From Actinomycetota bacterium (GTDB lineage: Bacteria; Actinomycetota; Acidimicrobiia; IMCC26256; PALSA-555): a DNA stretch of 64,000 nucleotides. Both the position numbers and the translations under genes were made by a program. Each line of letters begins with the position of its first letter. Position 1 is the first letter of the stretch. The stretch lies in assembly GCA_016870595.1 (NCBI GenBank), contig VGBI01000001.1, forward strand, positions 3,469 through 67,468, in the 5' to 3' direction. Positions 9,204 to 18,486 of the stretch are shown piece after piece. The notes under the pieces are model-generated. The model was not told the DNA's origin. It made no database searches and was given only the letters and a program-made list of their open reading frames with translations.

Positions 9204-10433
9204 ATGCCGACCGACCGGGGTGCCCTCGCCGGGGTGCGGGTGATCGACATGGCCACCCTGATCGCCGCACCCGGCGCAGCCCGCCATCTCGCCGACTTCG
9301 GGGCCGAGGTGATCAAGGTCGAAGCGCCGACCGGCGACGGCACCCGCAACTACGGCTGGCCCCACCCCGACGACGGCGTCGCGCTGTTCTGGAAGCAGGT
9401 GGGGCGCAACAAGCGCACCGTCGTCATCGACGCGAAGACCGACGCGGGGCTGGCGGCGCTCCGGGGACTCATCGAGCGCAGCGACGTGCTGATCGAGAAC
9501 CTCCGCCCCGGCACCCTCGAGCGCCTCGGTCTCGACCCGGCCGACCTCCTCGCCGCCAACCCGGGCCTGGTGGTGCTGCGGGTCTCGGGCTTCGGGCAGG
9601 ACGGTCCCTACGCCGGGCGCCCCGGCTTCGCCACCCTGGCCGAGGCGATGGGTGGGTTCGCCGCCCTCAACGGCGAGCCCGACGGCGCCCCCCTCCTCCC
9701 GCCGGTCGCGCTCACCGACGAGGTGACGGCGCTGGTCGGGGCGTTCGCGGTGATGGTGGCGCTGCGTCACCGCGACGCGACCGGCGAGGGGCAGGTCGTC
9801 GACGTCAGCCTGCTCGAGACCATGGTGCAGCTGCTCGGGCCGCTGCCGGCGGTGTGGGCCCAGCGCGGGGAGCTGCAACCCCGGCTCGGGTCGGGCATCC
9901 CGTACTCGGTGCCCCGGGGCACGTACCGGTGCGCCGACGGCGTGTGGGTCGCGGTCTCCACCTCGGCCGAGTCGATCGCGGCGCGGGTGCTGGGTCTGCT
10001 CGGCGTCGCCGACGATCCCCGCTTCGCCGACTTCGACGGCCGGATCCGTCATCGTGCCGAGCTCGACGAGGTCGTGGCCGCGTGGGTCGGGGCCCGATCG
10101 TCGACCGAGGTGCTCGCCGCGTTCACCGAGGCCGAGGCCGCGATCGCGCCCGTCTACTCGGTGGCCGACCTGATGGCCGATCCCCACGTGGTCGCGCGCA
10201 GCACCTTCGTGGAGGTCGACGGGGTCGCCATGCCGGGGCCGGCGGCCCGGCTCACCCGCACCCCGGGGGCGGTGCGCCACGCGGGCCGCGAGGCCGGCGC
10301 CGACACCGACGCCGTCCTCGCCGAGGTGCTGGCCGAGCCGCCCCGGCGGGCGCGTCCGGGGGTCAGCGGGGCCGATGACCGGCCCGGGTCGCCCGGCGCT
10401 GGTCGATCGCCAGATCGGCGAGGTCCCCGATGA
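9204..10433 (+). CDS. family III CoA-transferase (CaiB/BaiF type)
   Basis: 409 aa taken from the in-frame ATG at 9204 of the long 7221..10433 ORF. N-terminus GVRVIDMATLIAAPGAARHLADFGAEVIKVE. The 3' end overlaps the convergent mutase gene by about 70 nt. Confidence 0.85.
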   Translation: MPTDRGALAGVRVIDMATLIAAPGAARHLADFGAEVIKVEAPTGDGTRNYGWPHPDDGVALFWKQVGRNKRTVVIDAKTDAGLAALRGLIERSDVLIENLRPGTLERLGLDPADLLAANPGLVVLRVSGFGQDGPYAGRPGFATLAEAMGGFAALNGEPDGAPLLPPVALTDEVTALVGAFAVMVALRHRDATGEGQVVDVSLLETMVQLLGPLPAVWAQRGELQPRLGSGIPYSVPRGTYRCADGVWVAVSTSAESIAARVLGLLGVADDPRFADFDGRIRHRAELDEVVAAWVGARSSTEVLAAFTEAEAAIAPVYSVADLMADPHVVARSTFVEVDGVAMPGPAARLTRTPGAVRHAGREAGADTDAVLAEVLAEPPRRARPGVSGADDRPGSPGAGRSPDRRGPR

Positions 10434-12366
10434 TCTCCGACAGCTCGAAGTCCTTGGGCGTGTAGCACCGGGCCACACCGGCAGCCTCGAGCACGGCCTG
10501 GTCGGCGGGCGGGATGATCCCGCCGACGACGATCGGTGCGTCGACCCCGGCGGCGCGGACCAGCCGCACCGTCTCGGGGACCAGCTCGAGGTGCGAACCC
10601 GAGAGGATCGACAGCCCGATGACGTCGACGTCCTCGTCGCGCGCCGCCGCGGCGATCTGCGCCGGGGTCAGGCGGATGCCCTGGTACACGACCTCGAACC
10701 CGGCGTCGCGGGCCGCGAGCGCGATCTGCTCCGCCCCGTTGGAGTGGCCGTCGAGCCCGGGCTTGCCCACGAGGATCCGGGCCGGGCCCCCCAGCTCGGC
10801 CGCCGCCGCCCGCATCCGGGTGGCGATCGCGGCGAGCTGCCCGGCCGCCGGCGCGGCGGCGGTGCCGACCCCGGTGGGGCCCCGGTACTCGCCGAACACG
10901 TCACGCAGCACTCCGGCCCACTCGCCGACGGTGCCGCCGGCGCGGGCGAGGTCGATGCTGGGCGGGACGAGGTTGTCGGTGCCGGTGGCGGCGTGCCGGA
11001 GCGCGTCGAGGGCCCGGGCGACCGCGGCGTCGTCGCGGGCGGCCCGCCAGGCGGCGAGGCGCTCGAGCTGCTCGGTCTCGGCCGCGGCGTCGACCACGAG
11101 GATGTTGTCCTCGCCGTCGAGCGCGCGGACCAGCGGCGACTCGGCGCTCTCGGTGAGCGTGTTGACCCCGACGACCCGGATCTCCCCGGCCTCGATCCGG
11201 CGGACCCGGTCGGCCAGGCTCGCGACCAGCCGCTGCTTCATGGCGTCGATCATCGAGAACGCACCGCCGCCGTCGAGCACCCAGGTCAGCTCGGCGTCGG
11301 CGGCCTCCTCGATCTCCCGGGTGCGGGCCTCGACCACGTGCGAGCCCTCGAACAGGTCGGGGTACTGGAGCAGGTCGGTCTCCATGGCCAGCACCTGCTG
11401 GATCCGCAGGCTCCACTGCTGGTCCCACGGGCGGGGCAGACCCAACGCCTCGTTCCACGCGGGGAGCTGCACGGCCCGGGCCCGGGCGTCGCGCGAGAGC
11501 GTGACCGCGAGGGTCTCGAGCACAATGCGCTGCACGTTGTTCTCGGGCTGGGCCTCGGTGAGCCCGAGCGAGTTGACCTGCACGCCGTAGCGGAAGCGCC
11601 GGAGCTTCTCGTCGGTCACGCCGTAGCGTTCGAGGCAGATGCGGTCCCAGAGGCGCCCGAACGCCCGCAGCTTGCACATCTCCTCGACGAAGCGGATGCC
11701 CGCGTTCACGAAGAACGAGATCCGGCCCACCACCTCGGGGAACTCGGCCTCGGTCACCTGCCCCGACTCCCGCACGGCGTCGAGGACCCCGATCGCGGTG
11801 GCGAGCGCGTAGGCGACCTCCTGCACCGGGGTCGCGCCGGCCTCCTGCAGGTGGTACGAGCAGACGTTGATCGGGTTCCAGCGGGGCACGTGGCGCACGG
11901 TGTGGCACACCAGATCGACGGTCAGGCGACGCGACGGCTCGGGCCCGAAGATGTAGGTGCCCCGGCTGAGGTACTCCTTGACGATGTCGTTCTGGGTGGT
12001 GCCGGACAGCCGGGCGACGTCGTCGCCGTGCTCCTCGGCCAGGGCGAGGTAGAGCGCGAGCAGCCACACCGCGGTGGCGTTGATCGTCATCGAGGTGTTC
12101 ATGTCCTCGAGCGGGATGCCCTCGAACAGGGTCCGCATCTCGCCGAGGTGGGGCACCGGGACGCCGACCTTGCCGACCTCGCCGCGCGCGAGCGGGTGAT
12201 CGGGGTCGAACCCGGTCTGAGTGGGGAGGTCGAACGCCACCGAGAGCCCGGTTTGACCGCGCGCGAGGTTGGTGCGGAACAGCTCGTTGGACGCTCGGGC
12301 CGACGAGTGGCCCGAGTAGGTCCGCATGACCCACGGACGGTCCGCAGTGGGGAGCGTGGCGCTCAT
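10363..12366 (-). CDS. meaA: B12-dependent acyl-CoA mutase, single-chain MeaA/ethylmalonyl-CoA mutase type
   Basis: 667 aa from ATG 12366 (MSATLPTADRPWVMRTYSGHSSARASNELFRTNLARGQTGLSVAFDLPTQTG...). C-terminal B12 domain has KPGLDGHSNGAEQIA. Size, fusion architecture and Ccr neighbourhood favour Ecm over methylmalonyl-CoA mutase. Confidence 0.8.
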   Translation of the reverse strand: MSATLPTADRPWVMRTYSGHSSARASNELFRTNLARGQTGLSVAFDLPTQTGFDPDHPLARGEVGKVGVPVPHLGEMRTLFEGIPLEDMNTSMTINATAVWLLALYLALAEEHGDDVARLSGTTQNDIVKEYLSRGTYIFGPEPSRRLTVDLVCHTVRHVPRWNPINVCSYHLQEAGATPVQEVAYALATAIGVLDAVRESGQVTEAEFPEVVGRISFFVNAGIRFVEEMCKLRAFGRLWDRICLERYGVTDEKLRRFRYGVQVNSLGLTEAQPENNVQRIVLETLAVTLSRDARARAVQLPAWNEALGLPRPWDQQWSLRIQQVLAMETDLLQYPDLFEGSHVVEARTREIEEAADAELTWVLDGGGAFSMIDAMKQRLVASLADRVRRIEAGEIRVVGVNTLTESAESPLVRALDGEDNILVVDAAAETEQLERLAAWRAARDDAAVARALDALRHAATGTDNLVPPSIDLARAGGTVGEWAGVLRDVFGEYRGPTGVGTAAAPAAGQLAAIATRMRAAAAELGGPARILVGKPGLDGHSNGAEQIALAARDAGFEVVYQGIRLTPAQIAAAARDEDVDVIGLSILSGSHLELVPETVRLVRAAGVDAPIVVGGIIPPADQAVLEAAGVARCYTPKDFELSEIIGDLADLAIDQRRATRAGHRPR

Positions 12367-12373
12367 CGGGGTG

Positions 12374-13231
12374 TCACTTCTTCGTGTAGTCGTAGAACCC
12401 CTCGCCGGTCTTGCGCCCGAGGCGACGGGCACTGACCATGCGCTTGAGCAGCGGGGCGGGGGCGTAGTTCGGGTCCTTGAACTCGGCGTAGAGCGCCTCG
12501 AGGATCGACAGGCTGGTATCGAGGCCGACGAGGTCGAGCAGCTCGAGCGGGCCCATCGGGAAGTTGCACCCACCCTTCATCGCGGCGTCGATGTCCTCGC
12601 GGGTGGCGACGCCCTCGTCGAGCATCTTCACCGCGTTGTTGAGGTACGGGAACAGGAGCGCGTTCACGATGAACCCGGCCTGGTCCTTGACGTCGACCAC
12701 CGTCTTGCCGCACCGCTCGGCGAAGTCCCGGGCGGTGGTGAGCGTGGCCTCGGAGGTGGTCAGTGCCCGCACGATCTCCACCAGCGGCATCGCCGGGGCG
12801 GGATTGAAGAAGTGCACGCCGCAGACCCGGTCGGGCCGGCTCGTCTCCATCGCCATCTCGACCACGGGCAGGGTGGAGGTGTTGGTGGCCAGGATCGTGT
12901 GCTCGGCGCAGATCCGGTCGAGCTCGTTGAAGAGCGCCTGCTTGGTGGCGAGGTCCTCGACGATCGACTCGAGGACGAGGTCGCAGTCGGCGAGCTCGCC
13001 GAGGTCGGTGACGCCCCGCACCCGGCCGAGCACGGCGGTGCGCTCGGCGTCGTCGATCTTGTTGCGCTCGACCTGCTTGGCCAGCGACTTCTCGAGGCCG
13101 GCCACCATGGCGTCGGCACCGGCCTGGGTGCGGCTCCGCAGGACGACCGTGTGCCCGGCCTTCGCCGCGACCTCCGCCACGCCCGACCCCATGATCCCGG
13201 AACCCACGATCCCGATCCGCTCGACGGCCAT
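12374..13231 (-). CDS. hbd: 3-hydroxybutyryl-CoA dehydrogenase
   Basis: 285 aa. Motifs IGIVGSGIMGSGVA, ATNTSTLPV, HFFNPAPAMPLVEIV and GFIVNALLFPYLN. Stop lies 7 nt before the meaA start. Confidence 0.9.
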   Translation of the reverse strand: MAVERIGIVGSGIMGSGVAEVAAKAGHTVVLRSRTQAGADAMVAGLEKSLAKQVERNKIDDAERTAVLGRVRGVTDLGELADCDLVLESIVEDLATKQALFNELDRICAEHTILATNTSTLPVVEMAMETSRPDRVCGVHFFNPAPAMPLVEIVRALTTSEATLTTARDFAERCGKTVVDVKDQAGFIVNALLFPYLNNAVKMLDEGVATREDIDAAMKGGCNFPMGPLELLDLVGLDTSLSILEALYAEFKDPNYAPAPLLKRMVSARRLGRKTGEGFYDYTKK

Positions 13232-13462
13232 CGGCCTGCTCCCCTCGTCCCCTCGGTACGCGGCGATCCGCCCGGTGCCGTGCGTGTGCCGGTCGGCGAT
13301 CGCGCAACCGGCTCATAAGGTTACCCACCGGTACATCGGCCCGACCGAGGCGGGGCCGGGTGGGCCCGGGCGCCGCCGATAGTCTCGGCCCGTGCCTGCA
13401 TCGCGACCCGTCCTCCTCCACCGGCCCCGCCCGTCGGGTGCGTCCCGCCCGGGAGCGGCCGC

Positions 13463-14164
13463 GTGAGCCCGCCGGCCCGCCGGGGCGGCACCCTGGTGCT
13501 GCTGGGGGGTGGCGAGTGGCGAGGTGGGTGCCGGGAGCTCGACGCCGAGCTGCTCGCCGCGGCCGGCGCCTCCGAGGTCGTCGTGATCCCGGCTGCCGCG
13601 GCCTACGAGCACCCCGAGCGGGTCGGCGAGCGGGCCGCCGCCTACTTCGGCGGCCTCGGCGCCTCGGTCCGGACCCTCCCGGTGCTCCATCGGCGCGACG
13701 CCGAGGACCCGGCGCTCGCCGAGGTGGTGCGCAAGGCCCGCTTCGTCCATCTGGCCGACGGCTCGCCACTGCACCTCCGGTCGGTGCTGAAGGGTTCGGC
13801 GCTGTTCGAGGCCGTGCTCGCCGCCTTCCACGGGGGTGCCGTGCTGGCCGCCTCGGGTGCGGGCGCGACCCTGGTCGGCGACCCGATGGTGGACCCCCGG
13901 GGCGGCGCGTACACCGTCGGCCTCGCGGTGGCCCCGGCCCTGGCGGTGTTCCCGTACCACGGCACCGCGGCCGACCACATGCGCGAGCGGTCGATCGAGC
14001 TGCTGCCGCCCGCCGCGAAGCTCGTCGGCATCGACGAGGACACCGCGCTCGTCCGCGACCGCTCGGGCGCGTGGCGGGTGGCCGGGTCCGGTGCGGTGAC
14101 GGTCTACGAGGGCCGGACGCAGCAGCGGTACGCCGCCGGCGACGCCGTCTCGAGCCTGGCCTGA
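13463..14164 (+). CDS. peptidase S51 / cyanophycinase-like (class I glutamine-amidotransferase-like fold)
   Basis: 233 aa. Pattern LVLLGGGEW...VVVIPAAAAYEHPE...FVHLADGSPLHL...VLAASGAGATLVGDPMVDPRGG. Confidence 0.55.
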   Translation: MSPPARRGGTLVLLGGGEWRGGCRELDAELLAAAGASEVVVIPAAAAYEHPERVGERAAAYFGGLGASVRTLPVLHRRDAEDPALAEVVRKARFVHLADGSPLHLRSVLKGSALFEAVLAAFHGGAVLAASGAGATLVGDPMVDPRGGAYTVGLAVAPALAVFPYHGTAADHMRERSIELLPPAAKLVGIDEDTALVRDRSGAWRVAGSGAVTVYEGRTQQRYAAGDAVSSLA

Positions 14165-14198
14165 GGGTCGACCGGGTCGACCGGGGCGACGCCCGGTC

Positions 14199-15068
14199 TC
14201 ACGACTCGGTGATCGTCACCTTCGTCATCTGGACCTGCGGGCTCGGCGGCCCGTCGCCGGAGGCGGGGGCGAAGCCCATGATTTTCTGGGCGACCGCAAG
14301 CCCCTCGGTCACCGTGCCGATGTACCCGTAGTCGCGCGGCAGGGTGGTGATGTTGCTCCCGGTGCCGATGAAGAACTGCGACCCGGCCGTGCCCGCGGGC
14401 TCGTTCCCGGCCTTGGCCCACGCGACGGAGCCGATCGCGTAGGCCCCGGGCGGCGGCTCCGACTGGACGCTGTACCCGGGTCCGCCGGACTGCGTGTTGT
14501 TCGGACTGCCGGTCTGGATCACGAAGTTCCTCGACGCGCGGTTGATGAGCAGCCCGTCGTAGTAGCCCTTGCGGGCGAGGTACACGAAGTTGTTCACCGA
14601 GACGGGCGCCCCGGCGGCGTCGAGCGCGAGGACGATCTTCCCCTGGGTCGTCTCGATCGTGGCCGTGTACTTCTTGGTCGCGTCGATCGTGACCTCGGGC
14701 TTGGGCAGCGGGGCCTTGGCCGGCAGGGTCGTGATCGTCGTGGTGGCCGGGTTCGTGGTGCCGGGCTTCGCGGTCGTGGTCGCGGGCTTGGTGGTGCTGG
14801 TCGCCGACTGGCTCCCGTCGTCGTTGCCACCCCGCACGACGAGGAACAGGAAGATCACCGCCACCGGGATCAGCAGCAGCGCAAAGCCCCGCACCGACCG
14901 CCAGCGCCGACGCCGCTTCTCGGCCGCCGCCTGGGCCTCGAGCTTGCGGGCCCGGTTCTCCCGCTGCCGTTCGCGCTTCGTCCACTTCCCGGACTGGTTC
15001 ACGGGAGCGGAGTCTACGAGCGGCGGTGGAACCCGGGGGATCGGGCCGGACGGCGCTGGTACCGTCAC
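14199..15068 (-). CDS. membrane-anchored cyclophilin-type peptidyl-prolyl isomerase
   Basis: 289 aa. Basic N-terminus plus TM ([17 protein letters not shown]), Thr/Pro linker, then a cyclophilin core ([15 protein letters not shown]...FVIQTG...SQFFI). Alternative GTG start at 15002. Confidence 0.85.
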   Translation of the reverse strand: MTVPAPSGPIPRVPPPLVDSAPVNQSGKWTKRERQRENRARKLEAQAAAEKRRRRWRSVRGFALLLIPVAVIFLFLVVRGGNDDGSQSATSTTKPATTTAKPGTTNPATTTITTLPAKAPLPKPEVTIDATKKYTATIETTQGKIVLALDAAGAPVSVNNFVYLARKGYYDGLLINRASRNFVIQTGSPNNTQSGGPGYSVQSEPPPGAYAIGSVAWAKAGNEPAGTAGSQFFIGTGSNITTLPRDYGYIGTVTEGLAVAQKIMGFAPASGDGPPSPQVQMTKVTITES

Positions 15069-15073
15069 CGCCC

Positions 15074-16303
15074 GTGGCGCTCGTGGTGCAGAAGTTCGGC
15101 GGGACCTCCGTGGCCGACCCCGACCGCATCCGGGCGGTCGCCGAGCACGTCGTCGCGACCCGCCGCCGGGGTGACGACGTCGTGGTGGTCGTCTCGGCCA
15201 TGGGCAAGACCACCGACGACCTGGTCCGCCTCGCCCACGAGGTGTCGGCGGCCCCGGCCGACCGTGAGATGGACATGCTGCTCACTGCCGGCGAGCGGAT
15301 CTCGATGGCCCTGCTCTGCATGGCCATCATCGAGCAGGGCGAGCCTGCGGTCAGCTTCACCGGGTCCCAGGCCGGGATCCTCACCGACACCACCCACACG
15401 AAGGCCAAGATCCTCGACGTGCGGGCCGATCGCCTCCGCGAGGCGCTCGCCGCCGGCAGCGTCGCGGTGGTGGCGGGCTTCCAGGGGGTCTCGACCGCGA
15501 GCGACGTCACCACGCTGGGCCGGGGCGGTTCCGACACCACCGCCGTCGCCCTGGCCGCCGCGCTCGAGGCGTCGGCGTGCGAGATCTACACCGACGTCAC
15601 CGGGGTGTTCACCGCCGACCCCCGGGTGGTGCCGGAGGCCCGTCGCCTCCCCCGGGTGTCGTTCGACGAGATGCTGGAGATGGCGGCCACGGGCGGCCGG
15701 GTGCTGGCCCTGCGTTCGGTCGAGTTCGCCCGGAACCACGGAGTGCGGGTGCACGTCCGGTCGAGCTTCACTTGGGAGCCGGGCACCTGGGTCGTCCCCG
15801 ACGAGGAGTTGGAAGTGGAAGGTATGGAGCAGGCGATCATCTCGGGGGTCACCCACGACACGTCCGAGGCCAAGGTGACGATCGCGCGGGTGCCCGACCG
15901 GCCCGGCGTCGCCGCCCGGCTGTTCCGCGCCCTGGCCGACGACGCCGTGAACGTCGACATGATCGTCCAGAACGTGTCGACCGAGGGCCACACCGACATC
16001 TCGTTCACCGTCCCGCACGCGGACCTCACCCGAACCCTCACGGTGGTCGAGGCCCAGCTCGGCGGGATCGGCGCCGCGGGGATCACCCACGACGCCGACG
16101 TCGGTCGCGTGTCGATCGTGGGTGCGGGCATGAAGTCGAACCCCGGTGTGGCGGCGACGATGTTCGAGACGCTCGCCGCCGAGGGGATCAACATCGAGAT
16201 GATCTCCACCTCCACCATCCGCGTGTCGTGCGTGGTGGCCGAGGCCGACGTCCAGCGGGCGGTGGTCGCCCTGCACCGGGCCTTCGACCTGGGGACGTCG
16301 TGA
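15074..16303 (+). CDS. ask: aspartate kinase (with in-frame internal start for the ACT/beta subunit at 15824)
   Basis: 409 aa from GTG 15074 ([19 protein letters not shown]). Two C-terminal ACT domains. The internal [20 protein letters not shown] matches the known beta-subunit N-terminus of actinobacterial LysC. Confidence 0.9.
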   Translation: MALVVQKFGGTSVADPDRIRAVAEHVVATRRRGDDVVVVVSAMGKTTDDLVRLAHEVSAAPADREMDMLLTAGERISMALLCMAIIEQGEPAVSFTGSQAGILTDTTHTKAKILDVRADRLREALAAGSVAVVAGFQGVSTASDVTTLGRGGSDTTAVALAAALEASACEIYTDVTGVFTADPRVVPEARRLPRVSFDEMLEMAATGGRVLALRSVEFARNHGVRVHVRSSFTWEPGTWVVPDEELEVEGMEQAIISGVTHDTSEAKVTIARVPDRPGVAARLFRALADDAVNVDMIVQNVSTEGHTDISFTVPHADLTRTLTVVEAQLGGIGAAGITHDADVGRVSIVGAGMKSNPGVAATMFETLAAEGINIEMISTSTIRVSCVVAEADVQRAVVALHRAFDLGTS

Positions 16304-17328
16304 GGGTCGGCGTCGTCGGGGCCACCGGCCTCGTCGGCACCGAGATGCTGCGCCTGCTCGAGGAGCGGGACTTCCCGGTCACCGAGCTCCGGGCCTTCGC
16401 CTCCGCCCGTTCGGAGGGTCGGGCCCTGCCCTTCGCCGGCGGCACGGTCACCTGCGAGGTGCTGCGCGACGGGTGCTTCGACGGCCTCGACCTCGTGGTC
16501 ATCGACGTCGACGACCCGCTCGCGCTCGAGTGGGCGCCCCGGGCGGTGGCAGCCGGCGCCACGGTCGTCGACAACTCGGCCGCGTTCCGGTCCGACCCCG
16601 ACGTGCCGGTGGTCGTCGCCGAGGTCAACCCCGACGACGCGCGCGACGCGCCCAAGGGCATCATCGCCTGCCCGAACTGCACGACCATGGTGCTGCTCAC
16701 CGCACTCGCCCCCCTGCACCGTGCGGCCACGATCCGCCGGATGGTGGTCGCGAGCTACCAGGCCGTGTCCGGGGCGGGGCAGCCGGGACTGCGCGAGCTC
16801 GCCTCCCAGTGGACCGCGGGTGCAGGGCGCGAGGAGGCGCTGCGCCGGGCCGGGACGGTGCCCGACCTGCTCGGGGCGGGGGAGGTCTGGAGCCGGCCGA
16901 TCGCCGGCAACGTGATCCCCCAGGCCGGGTCGGTCAAGGAGGCGGGCTACACCTCCGAGGAGTGGAAGCTCGTCCACGAGAGCCGCAAGATCCTGCACGC
17001 CCCCGACCTGCGGGCCACCGCCACCTGCGTGCGGGTGCCCGTCTACGTGGGGCACTCGCTCGCGGCCAACGTCGAGTTCGAACGGCCGCTCGGGCGCGAC
17101 GAGGCCGCGGCGCTGCTCGCCGTGGCGCCGGGGGTGGTCCTGGTCGATGACGGTCACGGCGCGCCCACCGCGCTCGAGGGTGCGGGCATCGACCCCGTGC
17201 TCGTCGGCCGTCTGCGCGAGGACCAGTCCCAGCCCAACACGCTCGACCTGTGGGTGACCGGCGACAACCTCCGCAAGGGGGCCGCCCTCAACGCGGTCCA
17301 GCTCGCCGAGCTGCTCGTGCAAGACTGA
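16300..17328 (+). CDS. asd: aspartate-semialdehyde dehydrogenase
   Basis: 342 aa. Motifs [16 protein letters not shown] and [12 protein letters not shown] (active-site Cys). GTG overlaps the ask stop (GTGA). Confidence 0.9.
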   Translation: MRVGVVGATGLVGTEMLRLLEERDFPVTELRAFASARSEGRALPFAGGTVTCEVLRDGCFDGLDLVVIDVDDPLALEWAPRAVAAGATVVDNSAAFRSDPDVPVVVAEVNPDDARDAPKGIIACPNCTTMVLLTALAPLHRAATIRRMVVASYQAVSGAGQPGLRELASQWTAGAGREEALRRAGTVPDLLGAGEVWSRPIAGNVIPQAGSVKEAGYTSEEWKLVHESRKILHAPDLRATATCVRVPVYVGHSLAANVEFERPLGRDEAAALLAVAPGVVLVDDGHGAPTALEGAGIDPVLVGRLREDQSQPNTLDLWVTGDNLRKGAALNAVQLAELLVQD

Positions 17329-17333
17329 CCGTC

Positions 17334-18395
17334 ATGACGACGTTCACGACGGTCACGGTGGTCGCCGACGGGACCGTGCACGCGGTCGGCGGCGCGGTCC
17401 GCGACGACGCCGTGTGGCTGCGGTCCGAGTCGGTCCCGACCGTCACCGGCTGGTCGCTGAAGCCCGAGGGGCTGTGCCGCGACGACGTGTGCATCCCGCG
17501 CGCCGCGCTGGGTGCGGACGCGATCGCCGGGACCGGCGCCGACGAGACGATCGAGCTGCGGGCGCTCGCCCGGGCGTTGCAGCGCGCGGTCGCGGTCGAG
17601 CCCGTGGCTGCGCTCGCCGTGGTCGCCGACGCGCCGGCGGATCTCGCCGGCTCGATCGTCGAGGGCCGGGCGCCGGCGTTCACGCTGCCCGACCTCGACG
17701 GCACCCCGGTGGCGCTGGCCGACTTCGCCGGCCGCAAGAAATTGCTGTTCGCCTGGTCCTCCTGGTGAGGGTGCCGCTGGGACCTGCCGGTCTGGCAGGC
17801 GCTGTACGAGGAGCTGGCGCCGGCCGGTCTCGTGCTCCTGGCGATCTCGCTCGACGAGGACGTCGAGGCGGCACGGGCCTGCGCCCGTGAGGAGTCCCCG
17901 GTCCCGCTGACCTACCCCGTGCTCGTCGACCGCGACCACGCGTGGGCCGAGCGCTACGGCGTGATCAACGTGCCGACCACGATCTGGGTCGACGAGGACG
18001 ACCGCATCGTGCGCCCACCGGCGATCGCTCCGGGTGACGACAAGTTCATCGAGTTCGTCGGGTTCAGCGCCGAGCCCCACCACCAGGCGCTGCGGGCCTG
18101 GGTGCGCGACGGCGTGGCCCCGATGGCCGACACCGAGGTCCGGGCCCGCCGCGCAGCGCCCGATGCGCGGCTCCAGGAGGCGCGGGCCGAACGGCGCCTG
18201 GCCATGCACCTCCTGCGGGCCGGCGCCGCCGACCTCGGCCACGCCCACCTCGACCGGGCGCTGGCGCTCGCGCCCGACGACTGGACGATCCAGCGGGGCT
18301 CGCTGCCGGTCCGGGGCAAGGACCCGTTCGGCCAGGACTTCTTCGACTTCTACCAGCGCTGGGAGGCCGCCGGCCGCCCCGGGTACGAGGGCTGA
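17334..18395 (+). CDS. TlpA/ResA-like redoxin with in-frame TGA (17766-17768) at the catalytic position; candidate selenoprotein, U at residue 145
   Basis: Track ORFs 17250..17768 and 17832..18395 share one frame and are separated only by one TGA. Read-through gives KKLLFAWSSW-U-GCRWDLP...LLAISLDED...INVPTTIWVDEDDRIV (thioredoxin fold). selA, selB and selC are in the window and a SECIS-like hairpin lies downstream. Confidence 0.65.
17783..17799 (+). promoter_or_regulatory. candidate bacterial SECIS apical hairpin
   Basis: cctgcc-ggtct-ggcagg: a 6-bp GC-rich stem with a GGUCU loop, starting 14 nt after the TGA. Confidence 0.45.
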
Positions 18396-18486
18396 GCGGA
18401 TCCGTTTCGCAACCCCGACGGGCTGGATTAGCGTTGACGCACGCCGTCGACGTCGTCAGCGTCGGCGCTGAGCACCGGGAGGGACC

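Noticed and set aside
3460-9270. 1936-aa minus-strand ORF spanning ccr to the phosphoesterase gene
   Set aside because: It is antisense to five well-supported genes. Its composition is Arg/Gly/Pro/Val-rich with no recognisable motifs. This is a typical open antisense frame in very GC-rich DNA.
12363-13769. 468-aa minus-strand ORF overlapping hbd
   Set aside because: It is off-frame to the clear 3-hydroxybutyryl-CoA dehydrogenase gene and has RRRP-type composition.
18396-18486. Imperfect palindrome gcgttgacg...cgtcgacg...cgtcagcg upstream of the amidohydrolase gene as an operator
   Set aside because: The arms are short and mismatched, and no cognate regulator is nearby. It cannot be distinguished from chance in GC-rich DNA by eye.
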